DNA from: Escherichia coli | GTDB taxonomy: Bacteria; Pseudomonadota; Gammaproteobacteria; Enterobacterales; Enterobacteriaceae | Assembly: GCF_022846255.1 (NCBI RefSeq) | Contig: NZ_AP025682.1 | Direction: 5' to 3' (one strand) | DNA length: 64,000 nt | Part shown: piece after piece, positions 22,654 through 35,853 of the stretch | How the letters are laid out: each line of letters starts with the position of its first letter | Numbering within the stretch: position 1 is the first letter of the stretch | Notes under the pieces: model-generated | What the model was told of the DNA's origin: nothing | What the model saw: only the letters and a program-made list of their open reading frames with translations | The model's database searches: none | Position numbers and translations under genes: made by a program

Positions 22654-23580
22654 TTAACTTTCTATTTTTACTCTTTTCTCCACCATAAAATCAATAAAAG
22701 CACGAACTTTAGAGGGCATTCTCACCCGTGATGAAACATATATATAAAATCCAGGAAATGAAACGGCCCAATCCTCAAGAATCGGCTGTAACTTGCCCGC
22801 ATTGATATGTTCAGCGATTGCAAAATCCAGATGTTGAATGATACCCGTTCCATTCAGCGCCATTCGTATCATGCTTTCGTCATCATTAGAAATATACTTA
22901 CCTGACACCTCTATTTCGAACTCTTCATTACCCCCCACAACATTCGAAAACTCCCATGCTGAGAGTGCACCGCTACTTTTATGCCGCAACCGAAGACAAT
23001 TATGGTTACTCAATTCCTGAGGAGTTTCAGGAATACCGTGTTCTTTTAAATAATCTGGCGATGCCACAGTAACCAGTTTAATAAGCGGAGAAACAGGAAC
23101 GGCAGTCATATGCTCATCCAGTCCTTGCTCAAGACGTATGCCCACATCACAGCCGTCCGCAATAATGTTAGATAAACCGTCATCCATAATGAGTTCTATC
23201 TTTGTTTTAGGGTAACGAGTAAGAAACTCGCCAATATGAGGCTCAACAAGCATCCTTGCTGCAACACGGGAGGAATTTATTCTCAACAGTCCTGTAGGTT
23301 CAAGTTGGGTATCACCGACATCTTTCAACGCATCATCAATTTGCCCCAAAGCCGACACCAGCACTTCATACAGATGCTGTCCTTCCTCAGTAAGCGACAT
23401 ATTGCGGGTCGTACGGTATATCAGCTTGGTGTTAAGACGTTCCTCAAGAGATTTTAAATTCTGGGACAATGCGGCCCGCGTAATACCCATTTCAGAGGCT
23501 GCTCTGGAAAAACTGCCGGCACGAACAATCAGCGCAAACCAGGCAAGAGAAGGCAAAATTGAAGGCTCTATTTTCATCAT
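22654..23580 (-). CDS. LysR-family transcriptional regulator, divergent from hydrolase/OYE genes
   Basis: 308 aa from MMKIEPSILPSLAWFALIVRAGSFSRAASEMGITRAALSQNLKSLEERL. Confidence 0.8.
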   Translation of the reverse strand: MMKIEPSILPSLAWFALIVRAGSFSRAASEMGITRAALSQNLKSLEERLNTKLIYRTTRNMSLTEEGQHLYEVLVSALGQIDDALKDVGDTQLEPTGLLRINSSRVAARMLVEPHIGEFLTRYPKTKIELIMDDGLSNIIADGCDVGIRLEQGLDEHMTAVPVSPLIKLVTVASPDYLKEHGIPETPQELSNHNCLRLRHKSSGALSAWEFSNVVGGNEEFEIEVSGKYISNDDESMIRMALNGTGIIQHLDFAIAEHINAGKLQPILEDWAVSFPGFYIYVSSRVRMPSKVRAFIDFMVEKRVKIES

Positions 23581-23736
23581 TGTAAACCTTAACTTAACAC
23601 TGTGATAGATATTAGACCATTGATGATAACCAATACAAGTCATACTATTACGCCGTTCGCGATATGAACACGAATGCCAGTTGCGGATAATAGAAATGAT
23701 ATTTAAATCTGTTTAGGCAAATCCCTGGAGCTTGAA

Positions 23737-24657
23737 ATGAAAACTGTTTCGATAAAACACACTTACTGGGATATAGCTGCTGATATCTATTTCCCTGACG
23801 ATTTTAATAGTGAAAAAAAGTATCCTGCCATTATCAGTGCCCATCCAATTGGAAGCTGCAAAGAACAGACATCGGGTAGTGTGTATGGTGCCGCCCTGGC
23901 AAAAGCTGGCTTTATCGTCATTGCTTTTGATGCCAGTTTTCAGGGAAGCAGCGGTGGAGAACCGCGTTATCTGGAAGATCCAACAATGCGAGTAAAAGAC
24001 TTCAGCATTGTCGTTGATTACCTTACCACCTTACCTTACGTTGATGCCGGGCGTATTGGTGTACTGGGTATTTGTGGTGGAGGTGGATATGCCATTAATG
24101 CCGCAATGACAGAACGTCGGATTAAAGCCATTGGTACTGTCACGGGTGCAAACTACGGGCGTCTTATGCGTGAGGGATTTACAGCGTTTAATCCTATCGG
24201 AGCACTCGAAGCAATGGCGCAACAAAGAACAGACGAAGCTAACGGCGCAAAACTTCGCGTAGATGATTTGCTCCCTTCTTCTCCGGAAGCAGCTCTTGAA
24301 GCGGGATTAACAGAAATAGACCTTTTTGAAGCAACAGAATATTATCGTTCGCCACGAGGCTGTGCGCCTAATGGGGTAAATCGTTCGCTATTTTCACATC
24401 AGACTGTTGCCGTGGGCTGGGATGCTTTTCATCTTGCAGAAGTCCTGTTAACTCAACCACTAATGGTTGTAGTGGGCGATAGAGTGGGCGCTTTTGGTGC
24501 CTATCGTGACGGCTGCGAAATTATTGGTCGTGCAGCCTCAAAACATAAAGAACTGGTCGTGGTTGAAGGTTATTCACATTACGACCTGTATGATAAGCCA
24601 GAATCTGTGAAACAGGCGCTCGATAAATTAATTCCTTTTTACAAAACACATTTGTAA
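23737..24657 (+). CDS. Alpha/beta hydrolase, dienelactone-hydrolase-like with Cys nucleophile motif
   Basis: 306 aa; G-x-C-x-G nucleophile elbow (GVLGICGGGGYA); GGAG SD. Confidence 0.7.
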   Translation: MKTVSIKHTYWDIAADIYFPDDFNSEKKYPAIISAHPIGSCKEQTSGSVYGAALAKAGFIVIAFDASFQGSSGGEPRYLEDPTMRVKDFSIVVDYLTTLPYVDAGRIGVLGICGGGGYAINAAMTERRIKAIGTVTGANYGRLMREGFTAFNPIGALEAMAQQRTDEANGAKLRVDDLLPSSPEAALEAGLTEIDLFEATEYYRSPRGCAPNGVNRSLFSHQTVAVGWDAFHLAEVLLTQPLMVVVGDRVGAFGAYRDGCEIIGRAASKHKELVVVEGYSHYDLYDKPESVKQALDKLIPFYKTHL

Positions 24658-24828
24658 TAACTTTGCAGGGAGATTCATTATCTCCCTGACATTTATCCTT
24701 TATTGACTACACGACAATAATGAAATTACTCAAAAAGAATTCTATTAAAGAAAAAAGCATCAAAAAGTAGCAACTCAACTTATTAAGATTATACGCATTA
24801 AAATCAGATAAACATTTGAGGTATTGTT

Positions 24829-25971
24829 ATGACAAATAAACACCCATCATTGTTTTCTCCTTTTATGCTGACAGAAAAAATAAAGCTACGTAATCGTATC
24901 GTTATGGCTCCTATGACAACCTGGTCAGCTAATCCTGATGGAACCATCTCTGAGCAAGAACTCGAATTTTATAAACGTCGCTCACAAAATGTTGGTTTAG
25001 TAATAACAGGATGTACCTATGTCACGCCAAGCGGCATTGGGTTTACTCATGAATTTGCCGCGTATGACGACCGTTTCATTAACAGCCTTGAAAAGTTAGC
25101 AGCTGCAGCCAAAAGTGGCGGTGCTCCGGCTATTTTACAGATTTTCCACGCCGGTAATAAAGCTATCCCGGAGCTTGTGCCAAATAACGATGTTATTAGT
25201 GCCAGCGCATCAAGCGTAAAATCTGGTGACTTTATGAAGAGAGTGGTACAAAGCAGGGAAATGACTGAAAACGAAATTCAGGAAACCATTAGAGCATTCG
25301 GAGATGTCACAAAAAGGGCGATTAAAGCAGGTTTTGATGGCGTTGAACTTCATGGTGCGCACGGATTCCTTCTGCAGAATTTCTTCTCCCCTCTATTTAA
25401 CCAGCGTAATGACCGATGGGGAGGAGATCTTGAAGGACGTATGCGCTTCCCGCTGGCCGTATTACAGGAAGTAAAAAATGTAGTCTATGAATATGCGACA
25501 AAGCCCTTTGCTATCGGTTACAGAATATCTCCTGAAGAATCTGTAACAGGGGGGCTGCGGATAGAGGATACTTATAAACTCCTTGATCGACTCATTTCAT
25601 CCGGTATTTCGTATATACATACCTCGCTGGTCAGTATTAACGATAGCTACCCTGTTGAGTCGCCAAATGGCCCCCGAACTATTGAATTGATTTTAAATCA
25701 TATTGCAGGCAGAGTGCCGGTAATCGCCGCAGGTAAAATACGCACACCGTCTCAGGCTCAAGAAGCAATTTCCGCTGGCCTGCCACTTGTTGCGATCGGT
25801 AAAGGGCTGGTGATAAATCCAGAATGGGTGACTTTAGCTGAATCAGGTAGAAGTCATGAAATTCAAACAGCCCTTAATCCACAACGCGTTCCTGAATTAA
25901 CCATTCCGGATAAACTATGGGATCAAATTCAGGCATCGAAAGGAACTGGCTGGTTTCCGTTAATGGATTAA
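24829..25971 (+). CDS. NADH:flavin oxidoreductase, Old Yellow Enzyme family
   Basis: 380 aa; OYE TIM-barrel motifs (...RIVMAPMTT..., HGAHGFLLQNFFSPLFNQRND...); GAGG SD. Confidence 0.8.
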   Translation: MTNKHPSLFSPFMLTEKIKLRNRIVMAPMTTWSANPDGTISEQELEFYKRRSQNVGLVITGCTYVTPSGIGFTHEFAAYDDRFINSLEKLAAAAKSGGAPAILQIFHAGNKAIPELVPNNDVISASASSVKSGDFMKRVVQSREMTENEIQETIRAFGDVTKRAIKAGFDGVELHGAHGFLLQNFFSPLFNQRNDRWGGDLEGRMRFPLAVLQEVKNVVYEYATKPFAIGYRISPEESVTGGLRIEDTYKLLDRLISSGISYIHTSLVSINDSYPVESPNGPRTIELILNHIAGRVPVIAAGKIRTPSQAQEAISAGLPLVAIGKGLVINPEWVTLAESGRSHEIQTALNPQRVPELTIPDKLWDQIQASKGTGWFPLMD

Positions 25972-26443
25972 ATATCGATTACTCTCCCGAGAGTAAAACT
26001 ATCAAATCAATGAGTAACCGATACAGCCTCGCAAATTCTTTCAGATAATTAACCCGTCACTGCGGCACGTTCTCTCGTAAGGCGTGCCTGCAGTGTAATC
26101 CAGTATGTATCCGGCATAGTTGACGGTTTAATAGACTCAATTCCTCTCCCTGGTTACCTACAACGATATCTTGTATAACACCCCAGGAGATACGACGTTA
26201 CGATGAGATGCGATATGCTCCTCAGCGCCAATCAACGCCAGGACTGGGCCAGTCTTGAGATCAGACTCATTCCCGTAACTGATTTCAGGCGACATATATC
26301 AATGACGTTGGGGCAATAAAAGATAGCCGATGTAATACATCTATTCAAATTTGTGATACATGTCAAAAAATTGGTTGACCAAACTCGTTATTTATATAAG
26401 GGCACTTACGAAGTGCACTCTTTTTTAAAGCGAGGAAGTACCA

Positions 26444-26545
26444 ATGAAAGAGAATAAAGTACAGCAAATCAGTCATAAACTGATTAATATCGTTGTTTTT
26501 GTCGCAATTGTAGAATACGCCTATTTATTTCTCCATTTCTATTAA
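26444..26545 (+). CDS. ykgR: Small membrane protein, YkgR-like (33 aa)
   Basis: GAGGAAG SD then MKENKVQQISHKLINIVVFVAIVEYAYLFLHFY*; single TM helix; below track size cutoff. Confidence 0.5.
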   Translation: MKENKVQQISHKLINIVVFVAIVEYAYLFLHFY

Positions 26546-26880
26546 TAACGGCAATAAACTGTTCACTTCAGTGATATTTAAAATATGCATCCTCTCCCTT
26601 TTTTGTAAGTAATTATTATATCCGTGGGAGAGGAATACACATTGTCAGGTAATCAATCATGCTGCAATAAATCATCGGCCAGTAAAGTGGAGATAGCCTC
26701 CATTCTCGAAAAATCCATACTCTCAGCGAAACCATCATCAATCACTCATCCAGGCGTTTATGGGAGCGTCGCCAATGGCTGCTAACAATGCCAGACTTCC
26801 CCGTTGCGGAAATTCCACATCCCACAAATAGTCACAGTGATTGGGTGTTGAAATGATCCGGATGAGTATGTATCTTTACG

Positions 26881-26898
26881 GTTATGTTATAACATAAC
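26881..26898. promoter_or_regulatory. Zur box upstream of ykgM-ykgO
   Basis: Perfect 18-bp palindrome GTTATGTTATAACATAAC matching the Zur TGTTATA..TATAACA core, 9-12 bp upstream of the start codon. Confidence 0.6.
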
Positions 26899-26906
26899 AG
26901 GTAAAA

Positions 26907-27173
26907 ATGATGAAACCCAATATCCATCCTGAGTATCGTACTGTGGTGTTCCACGACACCAGCGTTGATGAGTACTTTAAAATCGGCTCGACTATCAAAA
27001 CAGACCGTGAGATTGAGCTGGATGGCGTAACGTATCCGTACGTAACAATTGATGTCTCTTCGAAATCGCACCCGTTCTATACAGGGAAGCTGAGAACAGT
27101 GGCATCAGAAGGAAATGTTGCACGGTTCACCCAACGTTTTGGTCGTTTTGTTAGCACGAAAAAGGGGGCATGA
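26907..27173 (+). CDS. ykgM: Ribosomal protein L31 paralog (type B, zinc-independent)
   Basis: M(M)[25 protein letters not shown]... lacking the CxxC zinc ribbon; ATG at 26907 or 26910. Confidence 0.9.
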
Positions 27174-27313
27174 TGAAAGTCCTTAACTCTCTGCGTACCG
27201 CAAAAGAACGCCATCCAGACTGTCAGATTGTGAAGCGAAAAGGACGGCTGTATGTGATTTGTAAATCTAATCCACGTTTTAAGGCCGTTCAGGGTCGTAA
27301 GAAAAAACGTTGA
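27173..27313 (+). CDS. ykgO: Ribosomal protein L36 paralog (46 aa)
   Basis: [46 protein letters not shown]; ATG overlaps ykgM stop (TGATG); below track size cutoff. Confidence 0.9.
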   Translation: MKVLNSLRTAKERHPDCQIVKRKGRLYVICKSNPRFKAVQGRKKKR

Positions 27314-27363
27314 TTCAAAATTCGACGAATTAACGATATTTGTCTGATTAATAATCAGACCGG

Positions 27364-27402
27364 ATTAATGTTGGTGTATTTATTACACCAGCATTAATTT
27401 TC
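27364..27402 (+). terminator. Intrinsic terminator after ykgM-ykgO
   Basis: 15-bp stem (1 mismatch) ATTAATGTTGGTGTA/TACACCAGCATTAAT then TTTT. Confidence 0.6.
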
Positions 27403-28327
27403 CTGGGGATGTATCTTCCTGTTCATTTAAGGTCAACTGCCTGACGTTTCTCTCCGAATATTCCATTATATTAATGTTGACTTGTTGACCAGTTTCGCCC
27501 TGTATGCTGGCATCAACTCTATTTTAGACTGAACACGCCACTCAGTTTCCTCCCTTTGCGACGCAGCCTGCATTTACACTCAAACTGTTAAGATGATAAA
27601 TGTGGTAAATCTGTTGGTACTGACATAAAAACGTTTACGCCACAGGAACGGCCAGATCCATCGGTAACCCCATCGCCGACGTTCGAGTGCCAGTTAGAGT
27701 AACACGCACAGATGACTGAATGCAGTGCCCTGGCAAAGAGGCCATCGTTCCTGTGACAACTGGCAGTCTTCGTTTAACTTCACTTAATTTGGCTCTTGGG
27801 GGGCTTACCGGACAGATGACGTACTTACACCTGTTTAATTTTTCATCACTTATTGGGATGAACACCCATAACCATTTTGTGCGGCATGTTAATCCATTAA
27901 AACACCTTACCGATTGGCAAATCATCTTTAATTATGACTTATGATAGTTTTATATTCTATTTCTTATCATTTAAACTTGTTTTTTTACTAGTCCATTACA
28001 CAACACATTAAGACTATTCCTAACACCTCAGGGCAAAGTTCCTGGCTAATATAAAATGCAAGTAAGAATTGAACGTTATATTGCCAATAACCTTATGAAA
28101 CTGAATGTCTTTTTCTTCTTATCAAAAAAGCAATATTTTCATTTTTTGTAAATATTGACTTAACCATGGAATTCATTTTCTGTTCACATATTGACACTCA
28201 TCAGGAAAAAAACATAAATTTAAACCTAATCGAAATAATTAAAACTTAATCTCGTTTAACCTATATTGATATGTGCTACGTATCTTATTTACTTCCGATT
28301 TACTAAAGAAACTGAATGTACCTGTAA

Positions 28328-28939
<612 letters not shown>

Positions 28940-29013
28940 ACTCCAGGCAAGTTAGTTTTAAAAAATGACTCACCGGGACTTCATGTCCTCAATTCAACTC
29001 GGGAAGAAAAGCA

Positions 29014-29601
29014 ATGAAAAAAAAGGTTCTGGCAATAGCTCTGGTAACGGTGTTTACCGGTACAGGTGTAGCGCAGGCTGCTGACGTAACAGCTCAGGCT
29101 GTAGCGACCTGGTCAGCAACAGCCAAAAAAGACACCACCAGTAAGCTGGTTGTGACGCCACTCGGTAGCCTGGCGTTCCAGTATGCCGAAGGCATTAAAG
29201 GTTTTAACTCACAAAAAGGTCTATTTGACGTGGCTATCGAGGGTGACTCAACGGCTACCGCCTTTAAACTGACCTCACGCCTTATCACCAACACCTTAAC
29301 CCAGTTGGATACCTCAGGTTCCACACTGAATGTGGGCGTGGATTATAACGGCGCGGCAGTCGAAAAAACTGGCGATACCGTGATGATCGATACCGCCAAC
29401 GGCGTACTGGGCGGCAACCTTAGCCCACTGGCTAACGGTTACAATGCCAGCAATCGTACCACCGCACAGGATGGTTTCACTTTCTCCATCATCAGCGGCA
29501 CCACCAATGGTACCACCGCAGTAACCGATTACAGCACTCTACCGGAAGGCATCTGGAGCGGCGACGTTAGCGTACAGTTCGACGCTACCTGGACCAGTTA
29601 A
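29014..29601 (+). CDS. ecpA: E. coli common pilus major subunit EcpA (MatB)
   Basis: 195 aa; signal peptide [22 protein letters not shown]; T/S/G-rich pilin. Confidence 0.9.
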
Positions 29602-29616
29602 TCTCTCTGATGTACC

Positions 29617-29636
29617 AGCAGGGGTACCCCCCTGCT
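29617..29636 (+). terminator. Hairpin after ecpA (possible attenuator)
   Basis: AGCAGGGG-TACC-CCCCTGCT followed by TTATT, between ecpA stop and ecpB start. Confidence 0.35.
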
Positions 29637-29657
29637 TTATTCCTGGACGGAATTGTT

Positions 29658-30326
29658 ATGAAAAAGCACCTTCTGCCTCTCGCTCTGCTGTTTTCCGGAA
29701 TATCACCGGCCCAGGCGCTGGATGTCGGCGATATATCATCGTTTATGAACAGTGACAGCAGCACGCTAAGCAAAACGATCCAAAACAGTACCGACAGTGG
29801 CCGCCTCATCAATATCCGTCTCGAACGGCTCTCTTCACCGCTTGACGACGGGCAGGTTATCGCAATGGACAAGCCGGATGAGTTGCTACTCACTCCCGCC
29901 AGCTTGCTGCTACCCGCCCAAGCCAGCGAAGTGATCCGCTTCTTCTATAAGGGACCAGCAGATGAAAAAGAGCGCTACTACCGCATTGTCTGGTTTGATC
30001 AGGCCCTCAGTGATGCGCAGCGCGATAATGCCAACCGTAGCGCTGTGGCCACTGCTTCCGCCCGCATCGGCACCATTCTGGTCGTCGCACCCCGCCAGGC
30101 GAACTACCACTTTCAGTACGCCAACGGCTCCCTGACAAATACAGGAAATGCGACGTTGCGGATCCTCGCCTACGGCCCCTGCCTGAAAGCCGCCAATGGT
30201 AAGGAGTGTAAAGAGAATTACTACCTGATGCCGGGCAAGTCGCGTCGTTTTACCCGCGTGGACACGGCGGATAACAAAGGACGGGTTGCACTTTGGCAGG
30301 GTGATAAGTTCATTCCCGTGAAATAG
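29658..30326 (+). CDS. ecpB: Periplasmic pilus chaperone EcpB
   Basis: 222 aa from [20 protein letters not shown] (track ORF extends 16 codons upstream). Confidence 0.85.
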
Positions 30327-30351
30327 ATAGCTGTGCAGATGGATAACGACA

Positions 30352-32877
30352 ATGCCTTTACGACGGTTCTCCCCAGGACTGAAAGCCCAGTTTGCCTTCG
30401 GCATGGTCTTTTTGTTCGTTCAGCCCGATGCCAGCGCTGCTGACATAAGTGCGCAGCAAATAGGTGGGGTGATTATTCCGCAGGCCTTCAGTCAGGCGCT
30501 TCAGGACGGCATGAGCGTCCCGCTCTATATTCATCTCGCCGGTAGCCAGGGTCGCCAGGACGATCAGCGAATCGGCAGCGCTTTTATCTGGTTGGATGAT
30601 GGACAGTTACGCATCCGGAAAATACAGCTGGAAGAGAGTGAAGATAACGCCAGTGTCAGCGAACAAACTCGACAGCAACTGATGACTCTGGCCAACGCCC
30701 CGTTCAATGAGGCCCTTACCATCCCCCTGACTGACAACGCGCAGTTGGATCTCAGCTTGCGCCAACTGCTGCTGCAGCTGGTGGTCAAGCGCGAAGCGCT
30801 GGGCACCGTACTACGCTCACGTAGCGAAGACATCGGGCAGTCCAGTGTTAACACCCTCAGCAGTAATCTGAGCTATAACTTCGGCGTCTATAACAACCAG
30901 TTGCGTAACGGCGGGAGCAACACCTCCAGCTATCTGTCGCTGAATAACGTTACTGCGCTGCGCGAACATCACGTGGTGCTCGACGGCTCACTGTACGGGA
31001 TTGGTAGCGGTCAACAGGACAGTGAATTATATAAAGCGATGTATGAACGCGATTTTGCTGGTCACCGATTTGCCGGTGGAATGCTCGACACCTGGAACTT
31101 GCAGTCCTTAGGGCCGATGACCGCCATTTCAGCAGGGAAGATTTACGGCCTTTCCTGGGGAAACCAGGCCAGCTCCACCATCTTCGACAGCAGCCAGTCG
31201 GCCACGCCAGTGATCGCCTTTTTACCGGCGGCGGGCGAAGTACATCTCACCCGTGATGGGCGGCTACTAAGCGTTCAGAACTTCACCATGGGCAATCATG
31301 AAGTGGATACCCGGGGTCTACCGTACGGTATTTACGATGTGGAAGTTGAGGTAATCGTTAACGGTCGCGTGATCAGCAAACGCACCCAGCGGGTCAATAA
31401 GCTGTTTAGCCGGGGGCGTGGCGTCGGTGCACCGCTGGCGTGGCAGATATGGGGCGGTAGCTTTCATATGGATCGCTGGTCGGAAAACGGGAAAAAGACG
31501 CGACCAGCCAAAGAGAGTTGGCTGGCAGGTGCCTCGACCTCCGGCTCACTGAGTACGCTTAGCTGGGCGGCAACGGGATATGGATACGATAATCAGGCGG
31601 TGGGTGAAACCCGTCTGACGCTGCCGCTTGGGGGGGCGATCAACGTTAACCTGCAAAACATGCTGGCCAGTGACAGCTCATGGAGCAACATCGCCAGCAT
31701 CAGCGCCACTCTACCTGGAGGCTTCAGTTCGCTGTGGGTTAACCAGGAAAAAACCCGCATTGGCAATCAATTGCGACGTAGCGATGCCGACAACCGTGCA
31801 ATCGGCGGCACACTCAACCTGAACTCACTGTGGTCGAAGCTGGGTACGTTCAGCATCAGCTACAATGATGACCGCCGCTACAACAGCCATTATTACACGG
31901 CAGATTACTATCAAAGTGTCTACAGCGGTACCTTTGGTTCGCTTGGCCTGCGGGCCGGTATTCAGCGCTATAACAACGGCGACAGCAGCGCCAATACAGG
32001 GAAATATATCGCTCTCGATCTCTCGCTACCACTGGGCAACTGGTTTAGCGCAGGGATGACCCATCAAAACGGCTACACCATGGCAAACCTGTCAGCACGC
32101 AAACAGTTTGATGAAGGAACCATTCGCACTGTTGGTGCCAATCTGTCACGAGCCATCTCCGGCGATACCGGTGATGACAAAACCCTCAGCGGTGGGGCGT
32201 ATGCACAGTTCGACGCTCGTTACGCCAGCGGAACGCTGAACGTCAATAGCGCGGCGGACGGCTACATCAATACCAATTTGACCGCCAACGGCAGCGTCGG
32301 CTGGCAGGGTAAAAACATCGCTGCCAGCGGGCGGACCGATGGCAACGCTGGGGTGATATTCGACACTGGCCTGGAGAACGATGGTCAGATCAGCGCCAAA
32401 ATCAACGGGCGGATTTTCCCGCTTAACGGCAAGCGTAACTATCTCCCGCTCTCTCCCTATGGAAGATATGAGGTGGAGTTGCAGAACAGCAAAAACTCAC
32501 TCGACAGTTACGATATCGTCAGCGGTCGCAAAAGTCATCTGACTCTCTATCCAGGCAATGTCGCTGTCATTGAGCCAGAGGTGAAGCAGATGGTTACCGT
32601 CTCCGGTCGTATCCGTGCGGAAGACGGCACACTGCTGGCTAACGCACGGATTAACAACCATATCGGCCGAACCCGAACCGATGAAAACGGCGAGTTTGTC
32701 ATGGACGTGGATAAGAAATACCCCACTATCGATTTTCGCTACAGTGGCAATAAAACCTGCGAAGTGGCACTGGAACTCAACCAGGCGCGCGGTGCCGTCT
32801 GGGTCGGTGATGTGGTCTGCAGCGGCCTCTCATCGTGGGCGGCGGTGACGCAGACAGGAGAAGAGAATGAGAGTTAA
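30352..32877 (+). CDS. ecpC: Outer-membrane usher EcpC
   Basis: 841 aa with signal peptide; position in ecp operon. Confidence 0.9.
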   Translation: MPLRRFSPGLKAQFAFGMVFLFVQPDASAADISAQQIGGVIIPQAFSQALQDGMSVPLYIHLAGSQGRQDDQRIGSAFIWLDDGQLRIRKIQLEESEDNASVSEQTRQQLMTLANAPFNEALTIPLTDNAQLDLSLRQLLLQLVVKREALGTVLRSRSEDIGQSSVNTLSSNLSYNFGVYNNQLRNGGSNTSSYLSLNNVTALREHHVVLDGSLYGIGSGQQDSELYKAMYERDFAGHRFAGGMLDTWNLQSLGPMTAISAGKIYGLSWGNQASSTIFDSSQSATPVIAFLPAAGEVHLTRDGRLLSVQNFTMGNHEVDTRGLPYGIYDVEVEVIVNGRVISKRTQRVNKLFSRGRGVGAPLAWQIWGGSFHMDRWSENGKKTRPAKESWLAGASTSGSLSTLSWAATGYGYDNQAVGETRLTLPLGGAINVNLQNMLASDSSWSNIASISATLPGGFSSLWVNQEKTRIGNQLRRSDADNRAIGGTLNLNSLWSKLGTFSISYNDDRRYNSHYYTADYYQSVYSGTFGSLGLRAGIQRYNNGDSSANTGKYIALDLSLPLGNWFSAGMTHQNGYTMANLSARKQFDEGTIRTVGANLSRAISGDTGDDKTLSGGAYAQFDARYASGTLNVNSAADGYINTNLTANGSVGWQGKNIAASGRTDGNAGVIFDTGLENDGQISAKINGRIFPLNGKRNYLPLSPYGRYEVELQNSKNSLDSYDIVSGRKSHLTLYPGNVAVIEPEVKQMVTVSGRIRAEDGTLLANARINNHIGRTRTDENGEFVMDVDKKYPTIDFRYSGNKTCEVALELNQARGAVWVGDVVCSGLSSWAAVTQTGEENES

Positions 32878-34510
32878 CCTACTGATAGCGATGATAATCT
32901 TTGCGCTAATCTGGCCTGCAACCGCGCTCAGAGCGGCAGTGAGCAAAACAACCTGGGCGGATGCTCCGGCACGCGAGTTTGTGTTTGTCGAAAACAACTC
33001 AGACGACAACTTTTTCGTCACTCCTGGCGGGGCGCTGGATCCGCGCCTGACCGGTGCCAACCGCTGGACCGGTTTAAAATACAATGGTTCAGGAACCATC
33101 TATCAGCAAAGCCTCGGCTACATTGATAACGGTTACAACACCGGCCTTTATACCAACTGGAAGTTTGATATGTGGCTGGAAAATTCACCAGTTTCATCTC
33201 CTTTAACTGGCTTGCGCTGCATCAACTGGTACGCAGGGTGTAATATGACCACCAGTCTTATCCTGCCGCAAACCACCGACGCCAGTGGATTTTATGGCGC
33301 GACGGTGACCAGCGGCGGCGCGAAATGGATGCACGGCATGTTGTCAGACGCGTTTTACCAGTATCTGCAACAAATGCCCGTCGGCAGCAGCTTTACAATG
33401 ACCATCAATGCCTGCCAGACCTCTGTGAACTATGACGCCAGCAGCGGCGCACGCTGTAAGGATCAGGCCTCCGGCAACTGGTATGTTCGCAACGTCACCC
33501 ATACGAAAGCAGCAAATCTGCGGTTGATAAATACCCACTCGCTGGCGGAAGTATTTATCAACAGCGACGGAGTTCCGACTCTGGGCGAAGGGAACGCCGA
33601 CTGCCGGACGCAAACCATCGGCAGTCGTTCAGGATTAAGTTGTAAGATGGTTAACTATACCCTGCAAACAAACGGACTCAGCAACACCTCAATCCATATA
33701 TTCCCGGCGATCGCCAACTCGTCGTTAGCCTCGGCCGTCGGGGCGTACGATATGCAGTTCAGTCTGAATGGCAGTTCATGGAAACCGGTGAGCAATACTG
33801 CCTATTACTACACCTTCAACGAGATGAAGAGCGCAGACTCGATCTATGTTTTCTTCTCGAGCAACTTCTTTAAACAGATGGTGAACCTCGGGATCAGCGA
33901 TATCAACACCAAAGATCTATTCAACTTTCGCTTTCAGAACACCACATCACCGGAGTCTGGCTGGTATGAATTTTCTACCTCCAACACGCTGATTATCAAA
34001 CCCCGTGATTTCAGCATCAGTATTATCTCCGATGAATATACTCAGACACCGTCGCGGGAGGGATATGTCGGCAGCGGCGAGTCGGCACTCGATTTCGGCT
34101 ATATCGTAACCACCAGCGGTAAAACAGCTGCCGACGAAGTGCTGATCAAGGTGACCGGACCCGCGCAGGTGATTGGCGGGCGCTCCTATTGTGTCTTCAG
34201 CTCCGATGACGGTAAGGCTAAAGTACCGTTCCCGGCGACGCTTTCCTTTATTACCCGCAACGGAGCTACAAAAACCTACGATGCCGGGTGCGATGATAGC
34301 TGGCGGGATATGACCGATGCGCTGTGGTTGACCACACCGTGGACTGATATCTCTGGCGAAGTGGGGCAGATGGATAAGACCACAGTCAAATTTTCGATTC
34401 CAATGGATAACGCCATTTCTCTGCGTACGGTAGATGATAACGGCTGGTTTGGCGAAGTCAGCGCTTCAGGAGAGATTCATGTTCAGGCGACGTGGCGTAA
34501 CATTAACTAA
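32867..34510 (+). CDS. ecpD: Pilus tip adhesin EcpD
   Basis: 547 aa with signal peptide [23 protein letters not shown]; overlaps ecpC by 11 nt. Confidence 0.9.
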   Translation: MRVNLLIAMIIFALIWPATALRAAVSKTTWADAPAREFVFVENNSDDNFFVTPGGALDPRLTGANRWTGLKYNGSGTIYQQSLGYIDNGYNTGLYTNWKFDMWLENSPVSSPLTGLRCINWYAGCNMTTSLILPQTTDASGFYGATVTSGGAKWMHGMLSDAFYQYLQQMPVGSSFTMTINACQTSVNYDASSGARCKDQASGNWYVRNVTHTKAANLRLINTHSLAEVFINSDGVPTLGEGNADCRTQTIGSRSGLSCKMVNYTLQTNGLSNTSIHIFPAIANSSLASAVGAYDMQFSLNGSSWKPVSNTAYYYTFNEMKSADSIYVFFSSNFFKQMVNLGISDINTKDLFNFRFQNTTSPESGWYEFSTSNTLIIKPRDFSISIISDEYTQTPSREGYVGSGESALDFGYIVTTSGKTAADEVLIKVTGPAQVIGGRSYCVFSSDDGKAKVPFPATLSFITRNGATKTYDAGCDDSWRDMTDALWLTTPWTDISGEVGQMDKTTVKFSIPMDNAISLRTVDDNGWFGEVSASGEIHVQATWRNIN

Positions 34511-35189
34511 GGCCCTGCTGACAGTGGTCTGTATGCTGGCGGCACCTTTGACACAGGCGATTTCGGTCGGCAATCTGACTTTTTCACTGCCGTCCGAGAC
34601 TGACTTTGTCAGCAAACGTGTCGTGAATAACAACAAAAGCGCGCGGATATACCGTATTGCCATCAGTGCTATTGATAGCCCGGGCAGCAGTGAATTGCGC
34701 ACCCGACCGGTGGATGGTGAACTACTTTTCGCCCCCCGCCAGCTGGCGTTGCAGGCTGGTGAGAGCGAGTATTTTAAATTTTACTATCATGGTCCACGGG
34801 ATAACCGCGAGCGCTACTACCGGGTCTCATTTCGCGAGGTCCCCACTCGTAACCTGACAAAACGCAGCCCAACCGGCGGTGAGGTCAGCACGGAGCCGGT
34901 GGTGGTGATGGATACCATTCTGGTAGTACGACCACGTCAGGTTCAGTTTAAATGGTCCTTCGATCAGGTGACCGGAACGGTAAGTAACACCGGCAACACG
35001 TGGTTTAAGCTACTGATTAAACCAGGATGTGATTCGACCGAAGAGGAAGGCGATGCCTGGTATCTACGTCCGGGAGACGTGGTTCATCAGCCTGAGTTAC
35101 GTCAGCCGGGGAATCATTATCTGGTCTATAACGACAAATTCATTAAGATTAGCGATTCCTGTCCGGCTAAGCCCCCTTCGGCGGACTAA
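34479..35189 (+). CDS. ecpE: Second chaperone EcpE
   Basis: 236 aa from [27 protein letters not shown] with AGGAG SD; overlaps ecpD 3' end. Confidence 0.85.
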   Translation: MFRRRGVTLTKALLTVVCMLAAPLTQAISVGNLTFSLPSETDFVSKRVVNNNKSARIYRIAISAIDSPGSSELRTRPVDGELLFAPRQLALQAGESEYFKFYYHGPRDNRERYYRVSFREVPTRNLTKRSPTGGEVSTEPVVVMDTILVVRPRQVQFKWSFDQVTGTVSNTGNTWFKLLIKPGCDSTEEEGDAWYLRPGDVVHQPELRQPGNHYLVYNDKFIKISDSCPAKPPSAD

Positions 35190-35501
35190 GACTTATCCAT
35201 CAGACGAGGGAAGAATTCCACCTCAGAGACTCAAAAATCGTTTAAATGATGTGGAAGCGATCGTCAATGTCACCTGTAACGATGAGCTTTCTCATATGCA
35301 CACCACAGTGTTCAGGAGACACGGAAAGGTACCAGGCGGCCTGCTAACGAGTGGTTTCTTCACTAATTAGGACGTAAAATCGGTAACGGCTGGAAATCAT
35401 TCAATACTCACACTATCGAAAGTACACCAGCCAACCGAGATACGTCCCTGCATACGACGTACCGCAGTTATCTTTACGATTTATAGCTGTACTGGTGAAT
35501 T

Positions 35502-35831
35502 ATGAGCAATCTGAATCCATGCATGACGTGTGGTGCCTGTTGTGCATTTTTCCGCGTCTCTTTTTACTGGGCCGAAGCCGACGATGCTGGCGGTACCATT
35601 CCCGCCAGGCTCACTGAACAAATATCCCCTTTTCACCGATGCATGAGCGGTACTAATCAGAAAAATCCCCGATGTATTGCCCTTGCAGGAACACCGGGCA
35701 AAAATGCCTGCTGCACGATATATGAAAATCGATCGTCCACATGCAGAGAATTCGCCATGTCTGGTGAGAACGGAGAAGTCAATGAGGCTTGCAATCGTGC
35801 AAGAGCTAAATACGGGCTAACACCGTTATAA
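35502..35831 (+). CDS. ykgJ: YkgJ-family cysteine-cluster (putative zinc/iron-binding) protein
   Basis: 109 aa, [11 protein letters not shown] and C-x-T-x-Y-x(n)-C motifs. Confidence 0.8.
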   Translation: MSNLNPCMTCGACCAFFRVSFYWAEADDAGGTIPARLTEQISPFHRCMSGTNQKNPRCIALAGTPGKNACCTIYENRSSTCREFAMSGENGEVNEACNRARAKYGLTPL

Positions 35832-35853
35832 ATATACAATAATTAATTGCATT

